Part shown: one piece after another, positions 1-13,848 of the stretch
Layout: the number at the start of each line of letters is the position of its first letter
Numbering within the stretch: position 1 is the first letter of the stretch
Source of the DNA: Octopus bimaculoides
Lineage: Eukaryota
DNA: 64,000 bases
Direction of reading: 5' to 3'
Assembly (NCBI RefSeq): GCF_001194135.2
Contig: NC_068999.1
Span: forward strand, 17,028,364 to 17,092,363
Position numbers and translations under genes: made by a program
Notes under the pieces: model-generated
Told to the model about the DNA's origin: nothing
The model's input: only the letters and a program-made list of their open reading frames with translations
Database searches by the model: none

Positions 1-436
1 AGATAGGGAGGAACCAAGATTTTCTTTGCAAACGAACTGGAGTTATTTGTCGCTTGTGGCACCCAGCAGGAAAAGGTGTCAATTAAATTATTTGCTTGAA
101 CATTGTGTGAATTGTATATAATATATATTTGCTGATCATTAAAGTTTTTATATCTTGCATTTTATATTGTTGTGGCACATTAATTATATATGTTTTAACT
201 TGTATGTTCATGGTGAAAATCTAGATGTGGTAAAAAAAAAAAAAAAAAGAATGTTATTGTTCCGAAAGAAATGGAAGGGTCTCATCCGAATTTATGGGGA
301 AAATCTAATTTAAAAGTCAACACACCAAAGGATGTGTGCACGGTGCGTGCGTTTGTATGTATGTGTATATGGGGATGTATGAAGGAATGCTGAATAATTC
401 CTGTATTTAACTGTAACGCGAAAGCTTGGCTGGCGG

Positions 437-590
437 CCCGAAGATTTTTTCCAGGGCTTAGAAAAACTCAAGTATCGCTGCAATAAGTGTGTGAATCTAA
501 TCCGGAAATATTTTGAATACAATCATAATCAACTGACCTCCTCTATTTTTCTTTTGCCCAAAGCCAGGAAATTTTCAGCATCCGATCGTA
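437..590 (+). mobile_element. Mariner transposase C-terminal remnant with 3' end
   Basis: Frame starting at 410 reads EDFFQGLEKLKYRCNKCVNLIRKYFEY, resembling the mariner C-terminus (F..G..KL..RW.KC......YFE). It is followed by a TIR-like end AAATTTTCAGCATCC..CGTA. Confidence 0.5.
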
Positions 591-646
591 TATACATGCA
601 TGCATACATATTTGTGTGTGTGTAGATGCACACACACACACACACA

Positions 647-677
<31 letters not shown>

Positions 678-986
678 GGTGAAGGTACGTGGCTTAATGG
701 TTAGGGCATTCGGCTCACAATCGTAAGGTCGTGAGTTCAATTCACAGCGACGCGTTGTGTCCTTGAGCAAGGCACTTTCTTTCACGTTGCTGCAGTCCAC
801 TCAGTAGGCAAAAATGAGTAATACCTATACAAAGGACCAGCATTGTCACGTTGAGTCTCCCTACGAACTACGTTAAGGGATACATTTGTTTGCGGAATGC
901 TCAGCCACTTGCACGTTAATTTCACGATCAAGCAGTTCCGTTGATCGTATTAGCTGGGACCCTCGTCGTCGTAACCGACGGAGTGC
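678..986 (+). mobile_element. tRNA-derived SINE (family C)
   Basis: Pol III A-box TGGCTTAATGG (690-700) and B-box GTTCAATTC (735-743), then GTTGTGTCCTTGAGCAAGGCACT and a body ending CCCTCGTCGTCGTAACCGACGGAGTG. Flanked by (AT)n. Confidence 0.8.
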
Positions 987-989
987 TCT

Positions 990-1190
<201 letters not shown>

Positions 1191-2765
1191 TGATACCCAT
1201 CTAGAACCTTTTTGAACATAGATCTGCTCAATCACAGTCGAACTGGTGTCTAAACGGTCACACCATTTTTTTTTTCATGCAAACTGCTCTTATCACCAAG
1301 AGAATACTTCTGGACGAGTTATAGAAATGTCCTACATTATTTCAATATAGTGGTTATAAAATGTATATTTATTCGAGGAAGCAATTGGGTTGAATTATTT
1401 GCTTGACTAAATTTATATTCTCTGACGTATATAACTATAATACGTTTCTAATGTCTGTAAATGAAGGGGGATGAAGTTAGCTACATTTATGTCTCTCGGT
1501 CATATATCCGAATCAATATGAGTTAAGAAAGAAAATTTACTCTTTAAGAATCTGTAGACTTCGAGGTTGGGTGGAAAAGGAAAGGGGAGAACGTTTTAAA
1601 TCATTGCACTTTTGTTTTTATTTTATTTTGTCTGTCTGCAAGGCTTACATACGTACATAAATCAAAATGAAATCATTCAAGTATCGCAGACTTGTTGTGG
1701 ACATGAATTCTCGAGAGATTTTAGCGAAGTTGCAGGAGTCACTGTTTTTAGTTTTTGTTTTTCGTTTCTGTCTTTCATGCATAGTTTAGGCCGGACATAT
1801 TTTCTGATGTGTCGTATATTTAAAGACGTTACGAACTAGCGATTTAACAGACTTAACCAGTGACCTCGTAGAGATTACCAAAGTAGCAGATGTTGTGGTG
1901 ATATTAGTAACTATATCCCGATTCTGTTAACAATATCAAATACATGATAAATACATATTAGCAACAGGCTCGGCAAAATCACTTTGGTTGCAGCGACTAA
2001 TCGTGTTTGCTTGTTCAGTTCCNNNNNNNNNNNNNNNNNNNNNNNNNNNNNNNNNNNNNNNNNGTTTTACATATCACCATATCCTTTTATGCATCTTTGC
2101 CGCATGAAGTTCGACTTTCTTAGTTTTCGTAGACAAACATGCGTTCTCCTCAACTGCAACAAATTTCATTTGACTTTCATCAATGCTTCACCCAACCCTA
2201 TAGTCTTTCATATTTTCACTATTATCCATAGTTCCTTCTGTCCTTTTCTGAGTAGTTCTAAATTATTAATGCAATGGAATAAACTCAATCTCCTCTCAAG
2301 TTCTGCCTATAGTTGCTATGATGCACGTCCTTAGTAACACATATGCATATTGATTTCTTCATTGCAACTTTAGTATGTGAAAAACAAAAGTGTGGTTATT
2401 GTTTTCAAATGGTGGCAACTCTACCCAACTATTTCAAATGTTCATACAATTAAACTTACTAAAAATAGCAACCTAATCTTCCTCGAATCAAGAGATACTG
2501 CAACGTAATGCATTCCAGGGGACTCTGTGTTTGAAGTCAAATGATGGAGTAAACAGGAAGCAAATTCGTTTCATCATACGGCTTCTATACCGGCGTTACA
2601 CTACAACTGAAGGACGACAATATCTTGGTGTAAATAATAGTTGTAGAATTATTTGATGTCCCCCGTTAGCACGTCTCCTTGGTCGTTTTGAAATACCAGT
2701 AAAAAATTCTAGTCATTAGCATCAGCAATATATGTATACACATATATATACTTCTTTTATCTCTC

Positions 2766-2960
2766 CTTTACTTGTTTCAGTCATTAGACTGAGGCAATGC
2801 TGGGGCACCATATTTATTTTTGGTGGAATGAGTCAATCCCGGTACTTATTTTCTCGGTTTCTTTTTGCCGATCGGCTAAATTATGGGGACGTAAACACAC
2901 CAACACCACTTGTCAAACGGTGATGGTGGGGACAAACGCAGACACAGAGACCCTCAGATG

Positions 2961-3057
<97 letters not shown>

Positions 3058-3123
3058 ACAGGCTTCTTTCAGTTTTCGTCTGCCATATCCACTCACAAGG
3101 CTTTGATCGACACTATGTAGTAA
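2766..3123 (-). mobile_element. SINE family A, 5'-truncated copy with internal (AC)n(AT)n
   Basis: Reverse complement matches the 20712-21130 copy in blocks such as TTGTTTCAGTCATT, GGGGACGTAAACACACC and CTTCTTTCAGTTT.CGTCT.CCA.ATCCACTCACAAGGCTTTG. Confidence 0.85.
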
Positions 3124-3676
3124 GCTTCTTACAACACAGGCACTCCTGAGCCTTTGCTGAAATTATTCTATGGAGAATTAAGGTCAGTGTGATCTGACAG
3201 TTCCCGTAGTTGTGGCGAACGTTTCTCGCTCACCACCGATGAAAACATCACAAGTCAATGTGAGTAGTCCAGTCGTGGTATATAACGCAATATTCTCTGC
3301 TCTAACACATCTACTTTAAGGGGGCGGGGGATATATATAATCTGTTAATATTAATACTGCCTCAGTCGCTATTATTTAATTGTTTACACTAGAGACACAT
3401 AATTACAAATACATAGAACATATACAGACACATATGAATAGATAGATGCATACATACTTTGCATACGTACATACATACATACATACATATACAAATATTC
3501 AAACATGCAAAATGCTACTAACACGAGTTACAAAATCTCTACAAATGACTAAGAACGTTCGCAATGAATAACACAGCAATTTAGTTAGCCTCACTCTCTC
3601 CTACTCTCATTGCTGTCATACTCTCTCTCATTGTATGCACTTGTACGTACATACATACATGTCATATCGGCCATGA

Positions 3677-3739
3677 TGAAATACCACAAGGTATAGAAAA
3701 TATGAAATACCACAAGGTATAGAAAATATGAAATACCAC
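3677..3739. repeat. 26-bp tandem duplication (2.4 copies)
   Basis: TGAAATACCACAAGGTATAGAAAATA twice, plus TGAAATACCAC. Confidence 0.95.
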
Positions 3740-6700
3740 CTTTATATATTTATATATTTAATCCTTTATATTGAACACTCAATATTTCATCTATTCAATA
3801 AGACATATTCCATATATTCAATAAGACATTCAATACTTTATTTCATAGTACCATCCATTTTTATTTTATATTATATATTATATTATATATTGTATATTCC
3901 ATATTCTATATCCCACATTGGTTTTGCAGGAATATAAATAAAACATAAAAAACAGACAGTGTTGGAACTCTTTTAAACAAAATAATATATTCCTCTATAC
4001 GCAATCATACAAAACCCCCTTTTTTTGTATTTATTTTTACTCGCATATATATATGTGTGTGTGTGTGTGTGTGTATGTGTGTGTGTGTGTGTGTAAGCGC
4101 ATGTGTGTAAGAGTGTGTGTGAGTATGTATGAATATATTTATGTATGTATGTATGTATGTATGTATGCATAAGTGTGTGTGTTTTTGCATGTAAGTTTCT
4201 TCTTCATCACGAAGACGAATAATGTCTAGTTTTGACGACTATAGTATTGTAAAAGTCTGGTTATTAATGCCTTATTAACTAATATATTTCAATATCTTTT
4301 TCTCACGCTGATTTTCTTGTCATCGAAATATATGTGCACTAGACAATAAAATGTTGAGAAATTAGTGAAATACGTGTTTGAAGACTACAACACGGGTGAC
4401 AAATTGGATGAATAGTAAACATCATTAGAAAAGCTTCTATTATTAAGCAGCAATGAAGAAGTGTGACTTTTAACGACATCACTATACTTCTTGCAGCTTG
4501 TCTGCTTGGCTAATATTAACAGTTGATAAGAAAATGCGTACCCTTCAAGCTGAAGTTAACGTTACATTGGCGCCATCAGATTACCGACAAAAATCCATTA
4601 ATATTTATTTAATTCTTTTCTGTTGCTGTCTTAACATGATTTCCTATTTACACATTAAGTTACACATTAAGACTTGGAGAAATTAATAGCTTTGCAGGAA
4701 AACCTTTTCGTCATCTACCGTATTACTTTCTAATATTAGTATTTAGCTTCAATATAATTTTTGTTCCTTTAGCACTGAAAATGGCTGTCGCATAGATTTT
4801 CTTGTCATACTACTCTTTAAGTCTCAGTAATCAACTTTACATTGATTTAGAGTTAATTCATTTTTCTGATACTACTATATTAATCCGCATTATGTATGTT
4901 GGTGTGACTTTGTATTCACGTTATTGTTGTTTATTGAGTAAATTACGGCATATACCTTGTGAGTCTATTCTTGTACGGCTGATAAGTAATTCGGCATTTA
5001 ACTTTAGTTAATTTTCCTTCATATCAAGCTCTAAAGTTTTTTGCTACGACTGATACTAGTACTTGATATTGTTCATAGAATAAGGACGTAGTTACTAATA
5101 TTTATGATGTCACTGGTTAAATTTATTAAATCGCTGTTTCATACCGTCTTTAAATATATGACACATAAGAAAATACGTCTGGCCTAAAATATTCATTTTA
5201 AAAAAAATTGATTCCTGCAACTTCTCTAAGACTGTTGTAGCAATACTGAACTGTAAATCTTACAATTCATGTTTCGTTCCAATGAATAATAAAAGCATAC
5301 AATAAAACTACTCATGCACAGCCTTATCTCAGATTTAAATTGAAATTGAACAGGTCTATCTTTGAGCATCTGATATGCTAACCCCCCTATAATTTTCACT
5401 TCAGTATTCTTAATTCCTTCAAATAATACGTATCGGAAGAATCAGGAAGGAAACCTTCATTAACGCTTATAATTTCATACCAGTTCCTCTGTATTGTTTT
5501 ACTGATTCAGGCATTTGAATCATTGGACTACGGCCAATGTGGAGTACATCTATGTGAGGTTCCTCGACGCAGTAGATCTCAGAAATTATTTTAAGTTGAG
5601 CACGTATTCTATAAATCTCTACTACCTAACCGGTAATTTTGGGTTCGCAATCAAATCAAACGACGGTGATCCAAGAATATATACAAGATTAGATATATAA
5701 GATATACCAGAAGCACAAGAATAAAGTCCTTATTTATTACTCATTCAGTCATGTAAAGCAGTGAAAAAAGCATAAAATAGATATGAAACAGGCAAAACAG
5801 TTTACTGTCGCTTTGACAGAAAATGAATCATGTTTCTCTAGAGGTCAAAGAGAAAGACTATCGCAAAAGTCAGAAAGGAAGCGATTATAGGTGTGCTTTG
5901 TCTCAGCAACTATGGACCTAAATAGCAACAAAATCTAGCATATGTCTTTTATACAGATTTTTCATAACATTTGTTCTCCTTCATAAGTATAAGTGCACGT
6001 GTACTTATACATGTTTTGTTCAGTATGTATTTGATTATTGGTGGTGTGTTTTTGCTTGAAACCGTATATAGAGGTTAGTATATGGACGGCTTTTCAAATG
6101 TGAATTTCTCACCTTTATCATATAGGTGAACACACATATATTGAAATACATACAAGTACACACAAACACACACACACGGACACACACACACACACATATA
6201 TATGTGTGTGATATTTGTGTATATGTATATATATATGAACATATAACTTTATATATATATATATATATGTATGTATATAAATATGTAATATATGTATGTA
6301 TGCATGTGTGCATATAAGCATTTGTGTCTTTTACACAATATATTTTCTCCAATCAACGTATATTGACGTCAAATTCTTTGAACATTTTGTAAATTGTTAT
6401 TTTTTCATCTCTTTTAAATTTATATTAATAACTTTCGTAATATGTCAGATATTTGTTGTTATGTCTTGTGTTTGAAATATGCATTAATATAACTCTACTA
6501 GACGTAAGATATTTTCTTCGTAATTAAAATACATCTAATTTTAGTTTTATATTTTAACATCACATTTCCTTGATCGCATGTCAGAGATAATAGAAAATTG
6601 AACATATTGTTTAGGATATGAAAAGTAAAGAAAAAAAATCACAATTTCACTTATTAAAATGCAGATTTCATTTTGCTTTCAGTTATTAATTTAAATAAAT

Positions 6701-7909
6701 GTATTTAAGATTTCAAGTTTTATAACTCACTTTCTTTCAATACGTACAAGTTTATAATCAGTGAATGAGGAATACGCCTATACAGATATGAAACTTTTGA
6801 AAAATACCAAAAGCCACAAGAAAATGATCGTGTCTCTACTTATAATATCTAAGATGTAGATCTGACAGTAATAATCTAATTATTTTACACACTTATCTCA
6901 AGTCGTCTAAGCATGAAATCCTATATATACATACGTACATACATACATACATACATACATATATANNNNNNNNNNNNNNNNNNNNNNNNNNNNNNNNNNN
7001 NNNNNNNNNNNTATATATATGTATGGGGCTCTTAAACGAGCACAGTTATATGACCTCTAGGAAGCCATTACAAAAACATGCTTTACAAGACGAAATATAT
7101 CGTTGCAGGACATGCAAATTCTCGCAGATTACAACGCCTTTAATAACATATCTGCCCAGTTGTGGATGGCCACTTAAGACTGTAAATCAAAAACAAGAAC
7201 ATGAGGCGTAACAAAAATAAAACGCATATGATAACATGACAATATACGTCTGACAAAGATCCGATTGGTGTGGAGTTATTTATGAATAATTTTGGTTAGC
7301 CTGTCCTTGAGAACTGATATTCAGGATGTTTTGTGGAGGAATATTTACATCGGTGGTTTCAATTGAGTTTCAACGAAATACAGATGATCAAAAACAATAG
7401 CTCTAAGAGCAATTAATCGAAGTAACGTTTGCTGTAGATAAAAATTAATCGAATTTCAGCAAATATTTAAAATAGAGAAAAGAAACTAATTCAAATAATT
7501 TATGCGTGTCAGTCTGGTATACAATGGCGTAGGTTTTTGAAACCGGTGTAGTGTATGTTAAAAACCTTGTATACTTTTTATTATATCTTGATCAAAATGT
7601 GTTGTAATTCAATGAATATCTGAAACGCTATGTACACTCTACGAAGAAATTACCATTTCAACAAAACAATAAACATTTGCATTATAATTTCATTTAATTA
7701 GCAACAATTCATGCATGTATTTGTGCCATAGTTATACTTACATGCGTGCTGCACAGTATGTGAATTGTATTGTACAAGCACACACACATGCATACAGTAA
7801 CAATTAGCCCACAACATACAGAATCTACAGAAGCTCTTGTTTCAATAAATCAATCTATTATATATAACGATATTTAAATCTTTCATGTATATNNNNNNNN
7901 NNNNNNNNN

Positions 7910-7962
<53 letters not shown>

Positions 7963-8694
7963 CAAATAATCCGATTATTTGATGAAAGCGTTAAATGTTA
8001 CTTCATCTAATTGTTTTTCCCTGGACTGTTTTCGACAATAAGTAATTCGATGAAATTTTGTAATTATCCATATCATCACCTTTCTGGTTCTGGGCGATTC
8101 TTGTATTTGCATAACAAAATAACAATTTTTTTTGTGGCTTTCCTTGTGAATCTATATGCCAGATGAACTCACCGTTAATCTCACATTATCAACTAGTGAG
8201 AAATATTCTATGTGAGATCTCCATTATAGACCGATAAAATCTACCTAAAATGCTGACCACAACACATCACACGCACAATTATCTATTATAGAACGAAACT
8301 TTGTACAATATAGTCTGATTGTCTGAGTTGAAGCAAAAAGGAAATGTAAACGTGATGTCGAAGAACAGAGAGTCGGAGGTTGGATATCAGCTGGTTTAGA
8401 TCTAACATAAGTTAAAATGAACAAGCGTAATTCAATTTTTTTATTGATTGGTAAAGTATATATGTTTTATATAGAAATAATTTTTGACCAACTGTGACAA
8501 AATGTGTTCACAAATCATAGAATTCCTAAAATGATATCGCGAACAGCTGATGGATTATCCCTCTTAGGATAATCTATCAGAAAAAAGATTTTGTCTGTTG
8601 TAATGTTGAGAGTGGCTTAATCAATAGTAATGCGAAAAGAACAGAGTGGTCAGCACGTGCCTGTGACTACGTGTATCTCTCTTTCTGTGTGTGT

Positions 8695-8747
<53 letters not shown>

Positions 8748-8760
8748 CAGNNNNNNNNNN

Positions 8761-8802
<42 letters not shown>

Positions 8803-9137
8803 ATATATATATATGTATGCATATATATATTCTGCGTTAAATGAAGAAACAGTGATGAATGAAAATTCTGTAAAAAGTTAAAATAATAATAAGCTTAAAG
8901 TTTATAAGCGTTCACTATTTAAGGAAACAGAATAATATTGGAGCATATAAGACCTCGACAGTAAAAGTGTGTTTTAGAACGCGTGGGAATTGATTTTACA
9001 CCTCTTATATTCACGATAAGTTTGTTGCGAGTACATGCATATATGTATGTATGTCCGTTATTGCGTTATTGTTATTAATATCATTATTTTTGTTACTATT
9101 AATATTAATATCATCATAATCATCATCATCATTATTA

Positions 9138-9173
<36 letters not shown>

Positions 9174-9181
<8 letters not shown>

Positions 9182-9854
9182 TAAAGCAGTTTGATTCGGT
9201 ACCATGCGACTTGAAGTTGTATAGGTTTCATACAGAAATGTAGCTCATTCCACCTCAGATTATGGAATGGAGATGCACAAGAAGTCCAAGATGGATGATG
9301 GAAAATGGGCTGGTATTGGCCAAGGCATGTCACATGGTGTTATTAGCGTAGGATCGATGATTCAGCAACAGCAGTTCCATTAGGAAGGGAGCCATGTGAC
9401 TGGAGAGGAAGCTGGTTGTGTCTATTCTTGTGTCTATTCTTATACACACATACATTTACCCACAAACACACATGCACACACACAAAACCAATAATCTACC
9501 CACACTCACGTATTCCTTCATCTGCTACACACACATAAAATTATGTGTGTGTGCGTATACACATTACACACCCCACCACACACACTCTCATTCCTACAGC
9601 CAGTACCCAGACACTAAGCCACCACTAGCTTATTATCCGGTCATGCAGAGATTCCCTTGCTTGATGGAACTGCTGTCGCTGGTCGTCGATCTTACGCTGA
9701 TATCATATGACTCGCTTTGACCAATAACAACCTACTTTATTAGACTTCCTGGGATTCTCCATTCAGTAATCTGAGCCTGAACAAGTTAAGCTTCTGTATG
9801 AAGCCAGCGAAAATATAAGTCGCAGAGAACCGAATCAAACTGTTTTGAATAATA
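9174..9854. mobile_element. Foldback/MITE-like element with long imperfect inverted arms and an (AC)-rich spacer
   Basis: Collinear reverse-complement matches: 9187-9200/9829-9842 (14/14), 9227-9237/9792-9802, 9254-9262/9767-9775, 9368-9380/9664-9676 (13/13). The inverted repeat is seen directly; transposon status is inferred. Confidence 0.65.
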
Positions 9855-10049
9855 GCACATATAACTAATACTAAATATGTAAATAGGAAGAGTGCCCTTT
9901 CGTTTGCCGCTCACTCGTTTACACACACACACACACACACATACACTTGTACACACATACACATACATAAGCATATACAAATACATATATATACACATAC
10001 GTAATTGCTTAGTTTACCGATCAATAAGTGTGTAGCCTAATTAAGTATA

Positions 10050-10190
10050 AATTTCAATGTCATTGGTCCGTAGGATCTTTAGAAAACCGAACAAATGCCT
10101 TATGATGTTTGTCCCTACTCTTTACGTTCTGAGTTAGATTCCTGCGAAAGTCAAATTTGCCTTTCATTCTTCTGAATTTAATAAATTGAA
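10050..10190 (+). mobile_element. Degenerate SINE family B fragment
   Basis: TTACGTTCTGAGTTAGATTCC..CGAAAGTCAAATTTGCCTTTCAT matches the family B core seen at 31109-31340. Confidence 0.6.
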
Positions 10191-12289
10191 GAAGCTTTTA
10201 AATATTGTTGTTCCTTTAACTGAATGGCGTTCTATCTCAATAAGCGTCTGCCATCATACATTTGAACTGAAATTCCCACCCAATGATGTAGCTCTGGCGG
10301 GAGCTAAGATGTTACACAGGCTAGTATATATTCCCGTAACCTAAATCTTATCTCTCTCAAACTCATAATAATACAGCCAACGTAGCGAACACAAACGTAG
10401 TTTCTCATTCACTGGTATAGGCTACATTGATTGCTTCCAAGACTGGACCAAATGAAAGTATACTGCAAAAGAAAAGGAGGAAAAGTACAAGCAATTTACA
10501 AACCTGGTAACACCACATTAGACTAAATATTTAGTTATTATAATAATTATTATAATTTATTGTACATTAATCAATTTCGATCTAGTAATTGCAAGTCTCG
10601 TTTTTAATATCAAACTTATATATTTTCTTATCTGTCTTGCAATAATTAAAGTTTTCGCTGATATATGTGTTGATGTATATGTGATTTGAAGATTATGTAG
10701 TCAGGATCCAACGTTGCTACCGATAATTATCTGTCTAGATGGTATTGCATATAATAATTACATAACTTGAAACTGCAATTTCATCAGGGACGTTTTACGC
10801 CAAGCTGATACGTCAGAGATACCCAACATAAAACAAGCAAAGACATTAGCATTATTTGAAATGTTTAATTGGTTTTGGAACTCAACACTATAATACTCAC
10901 ACAAAAACAACATCTCACTGTGTTCCTCCCAAAATTACTCTTACAGATTCATGGACATACACACATATGTATATAATAAGCAAATATGCAACTTATAGTC
11001 ATAACGAAACTAAATAGCTGCGTGTATAATTTATGCTAAATTATAAATAAATAAATGATTTATAGATTTCTTTTTTTTGCATCCCAGTTCACAAATATCT
11101 TAATTATTGATGTTGAAAGTACCGTATCTGACCGTAACTGTTATCCTTATCTATTTGCTATCACACTCATCGATTATACATCTTGGAATAATTTGAAAGA
11201 ATTGATTGAAACTAATAATCAGGCAAAGACTGTAACAACAAAAATAGATCGCGTGTACTAATATCTGATACTGAAGCTTTGGATAGAAAATTTGCCTACT
11301 CTTAACTCATACTCACTAGCTATCGCAATGTACTTTCAAATAAAACTAGAGTAGTTTCAATATAAATACCGGGCGGATATTATTTATATGTCCTGTTGTA
11401 ACATTCTAACTATCAGATGACATGAAATACACTCCTAATCGGGTGATAAGCAGAGAAACTATACAATGAAAGGTGAAAAATTTCTAAACAGAAATGTACA
11501 AGACAATAAGATATGGTAGTAACACGGTTCAACAGCTACCTCATTTTAGCATGTTTTATAAAGTGCTACCACTATTTTTGGAAATTCTCATGGTTATTTT
11601 AAAAACCATGAGATGCATAATTTCTTTACATATTGTATTTTCTAGCAAAGGTTTTATACATGATGGGGCGTAAATTCTATGGAAAAAATTCTAATTTGCT
11701 TCTCGTTGCTTTTCAATTGTGGCTATGTTATTACAAGTTTCTTTAATCTTCCAGTTATATTGGAAGCTTTGTTTTTAAATTGGTTATTCTCGTAAACGTC
11801 TATTTCTTGGAACTGTGAAAAATCCACGTTAGTAATAAAAAGGCACAATTTTTTAAAGATAACGTCTTTGAAAACTATATTCTTTACAATATATTTGTCA
11901 CCTCTCCTAAATTGTGAAGTTTTATCTATCTGTTTTTAATAGCGTGTTAAATAATAAATACGAAATAGAGAGTGCTGAAATAGAATTTTCGATGAAAAAA
12001 TACCCGTTCATTTCTTTTCGACTTTCAATTATTGTGTGAATAAAATTATTGAAACATTCTTGAAAGAATTATTTATACTGGAGAAGGTTGAAACAATCAT
12101 AAAAATTTGAACGAAATAGAAGATTCAGGCTATCAATAACGTTTAACAGTTAACATTACAGAATGGCGTTACCATTCTTCAAAACGCCATATCTATATTT
12201 TTCTAATAGAGCAATGTGAATTTCTCTAATAGAAAAATATACGTTTTTGTAGCGTTTATATCACAGTTAACTTTTAAAAAAAAGTTATA

Positions 12290-13510
12290 CACAAGGTACG
12301 TTCCAGACGTGTGGAGAAATTTTCAAGAAAGGAATAAGAAAAAACTGTAATCTAATGTAGGATCCTCTGATTTCAGTGCACTTGTAGCGCTCCAGCCACT
12401 TCTTGAAGGCCACATGTAAGTCCACCTAATTGAACATGTCCATGACCCTTATCAAAGCTACCTCCATCTTCTCAACGTTTTCAAACGACTGCCCTTGTGG
12501 TTCACCTTCAACTCGGGGGACAAGCAGAAGTCACATGGAAAAGGCTTGGACTGTAAGGAGAGTGTAGAATAATTTTGATGTTCATCTTTATGAAATAGTT
12601 TGTTAACAGGATGGAAATGTGGACTGGTGCATTGTCCTGATGCAGTTACCCCTGACCCGAATGAATGAAAACTCTGGGCTATTGCTACGAACTCTCTTCT
12701 TGAAGTTCCTCAAAATCATTACAGATGAAACAGTATTGACAGCATGGCAAGAGGAAAGCTTGTCGATGTTCTTGCTGTCGAAAAAAAAGGTATTATCATG
12801 AGCTCCCTGGATTTCTTGATTCTGGAGTAGACGAAATGCTTCTACTGAGCACTCTGTCTTCTGGTTTCTAGATAATAACAGTAAATCCAACTTTTGCCTT
12901 AAGTCACCAGAAACTTTTTGCTCTTAAATTATAGCTTAACAGCTCGTCCATCTCGTTACTGTTACTAACGCGCCTTTCTTTTTGTTCGTCACTGAGCACT
13001 TTGTAAACAAGATTTGAACAAACTGTGTACATGTTCAGAACTTCGAGGATAATTCTGTGTACATTTGTCACACCAACTTCACACTACGTTTATTGTCTTT
13101 ATAGAAGCATATTAATGTCTTTATAGAAGCATAACGTTGTTCATCCAGAAAATTGCGAATATTCTAAACCAGTTCTGATCTTCTTCTCCATCCCATACCT
13201 CACATAATCTCTCACATCCTCTCTACTGTCCTTGAAACTCTTATAACAGACAAAAACAGATGTCTGGTTCATACAAGTTAGTCCACAATCAAGTTAAAAC
13301 TTTTATAAGCCTCCATAGCATATTTGCTTAGCTTAACACAAAGCATTATTGTTCAGAGTGCTGCTACAACCGTCTTCTATAATCTGGAATAAAATATGGC
13401 AGGTCAGTTTATTAGATGTACAGTAATGATATACTAAAATTACTAAAATCATCTAAGCCACTTATAATTGCGTCTCGTAAAACATCTCCAACCTTCTGGA
13501 ATGCAACTCA
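12290..13510 (-). mobile_element. Near full-length decayed mariner element (transposase pseudogene with degenerate TIRs)
   Basis: Minus-strand translation across stops and frameshifts gives CMNQTSVF, VLSDEQKERR, LVT*GKSWIYCY.LET.RQSAQ, LHQDNAPVHISIL, HSPYSPSL/PCDF. The ends share TTCCAGA..GGAGA..TTTT in inverted orientation, with TA outside both ends. Confidence 0.85.
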
Positions 13511-13848
13511 TAAATAAAATAAATGTTACATCTTTAATATATTATGTCTTCTATTTAATTTCTTAGTTTATCACTCGTCTTTTGAATAATACTATTTACA
13601 CAATTTACTAGTCTACAAATCTGTAAATATCACAAAAACAACTAAGATGCCAGGGACGGCAGCAGCAAAGGTCATCATTTACTTGTTACTCTATGTATAT
13701 GTGATTACAATTGTAAGCGTGTTTATATAAGTAATTTTGTATACGTACAAACACGTATACTTACATACGCATACATACATGCATGCATACATACATACAT
13801 ACATACGTACATGCATACATACATGCATTCATACATACGTACATACAT

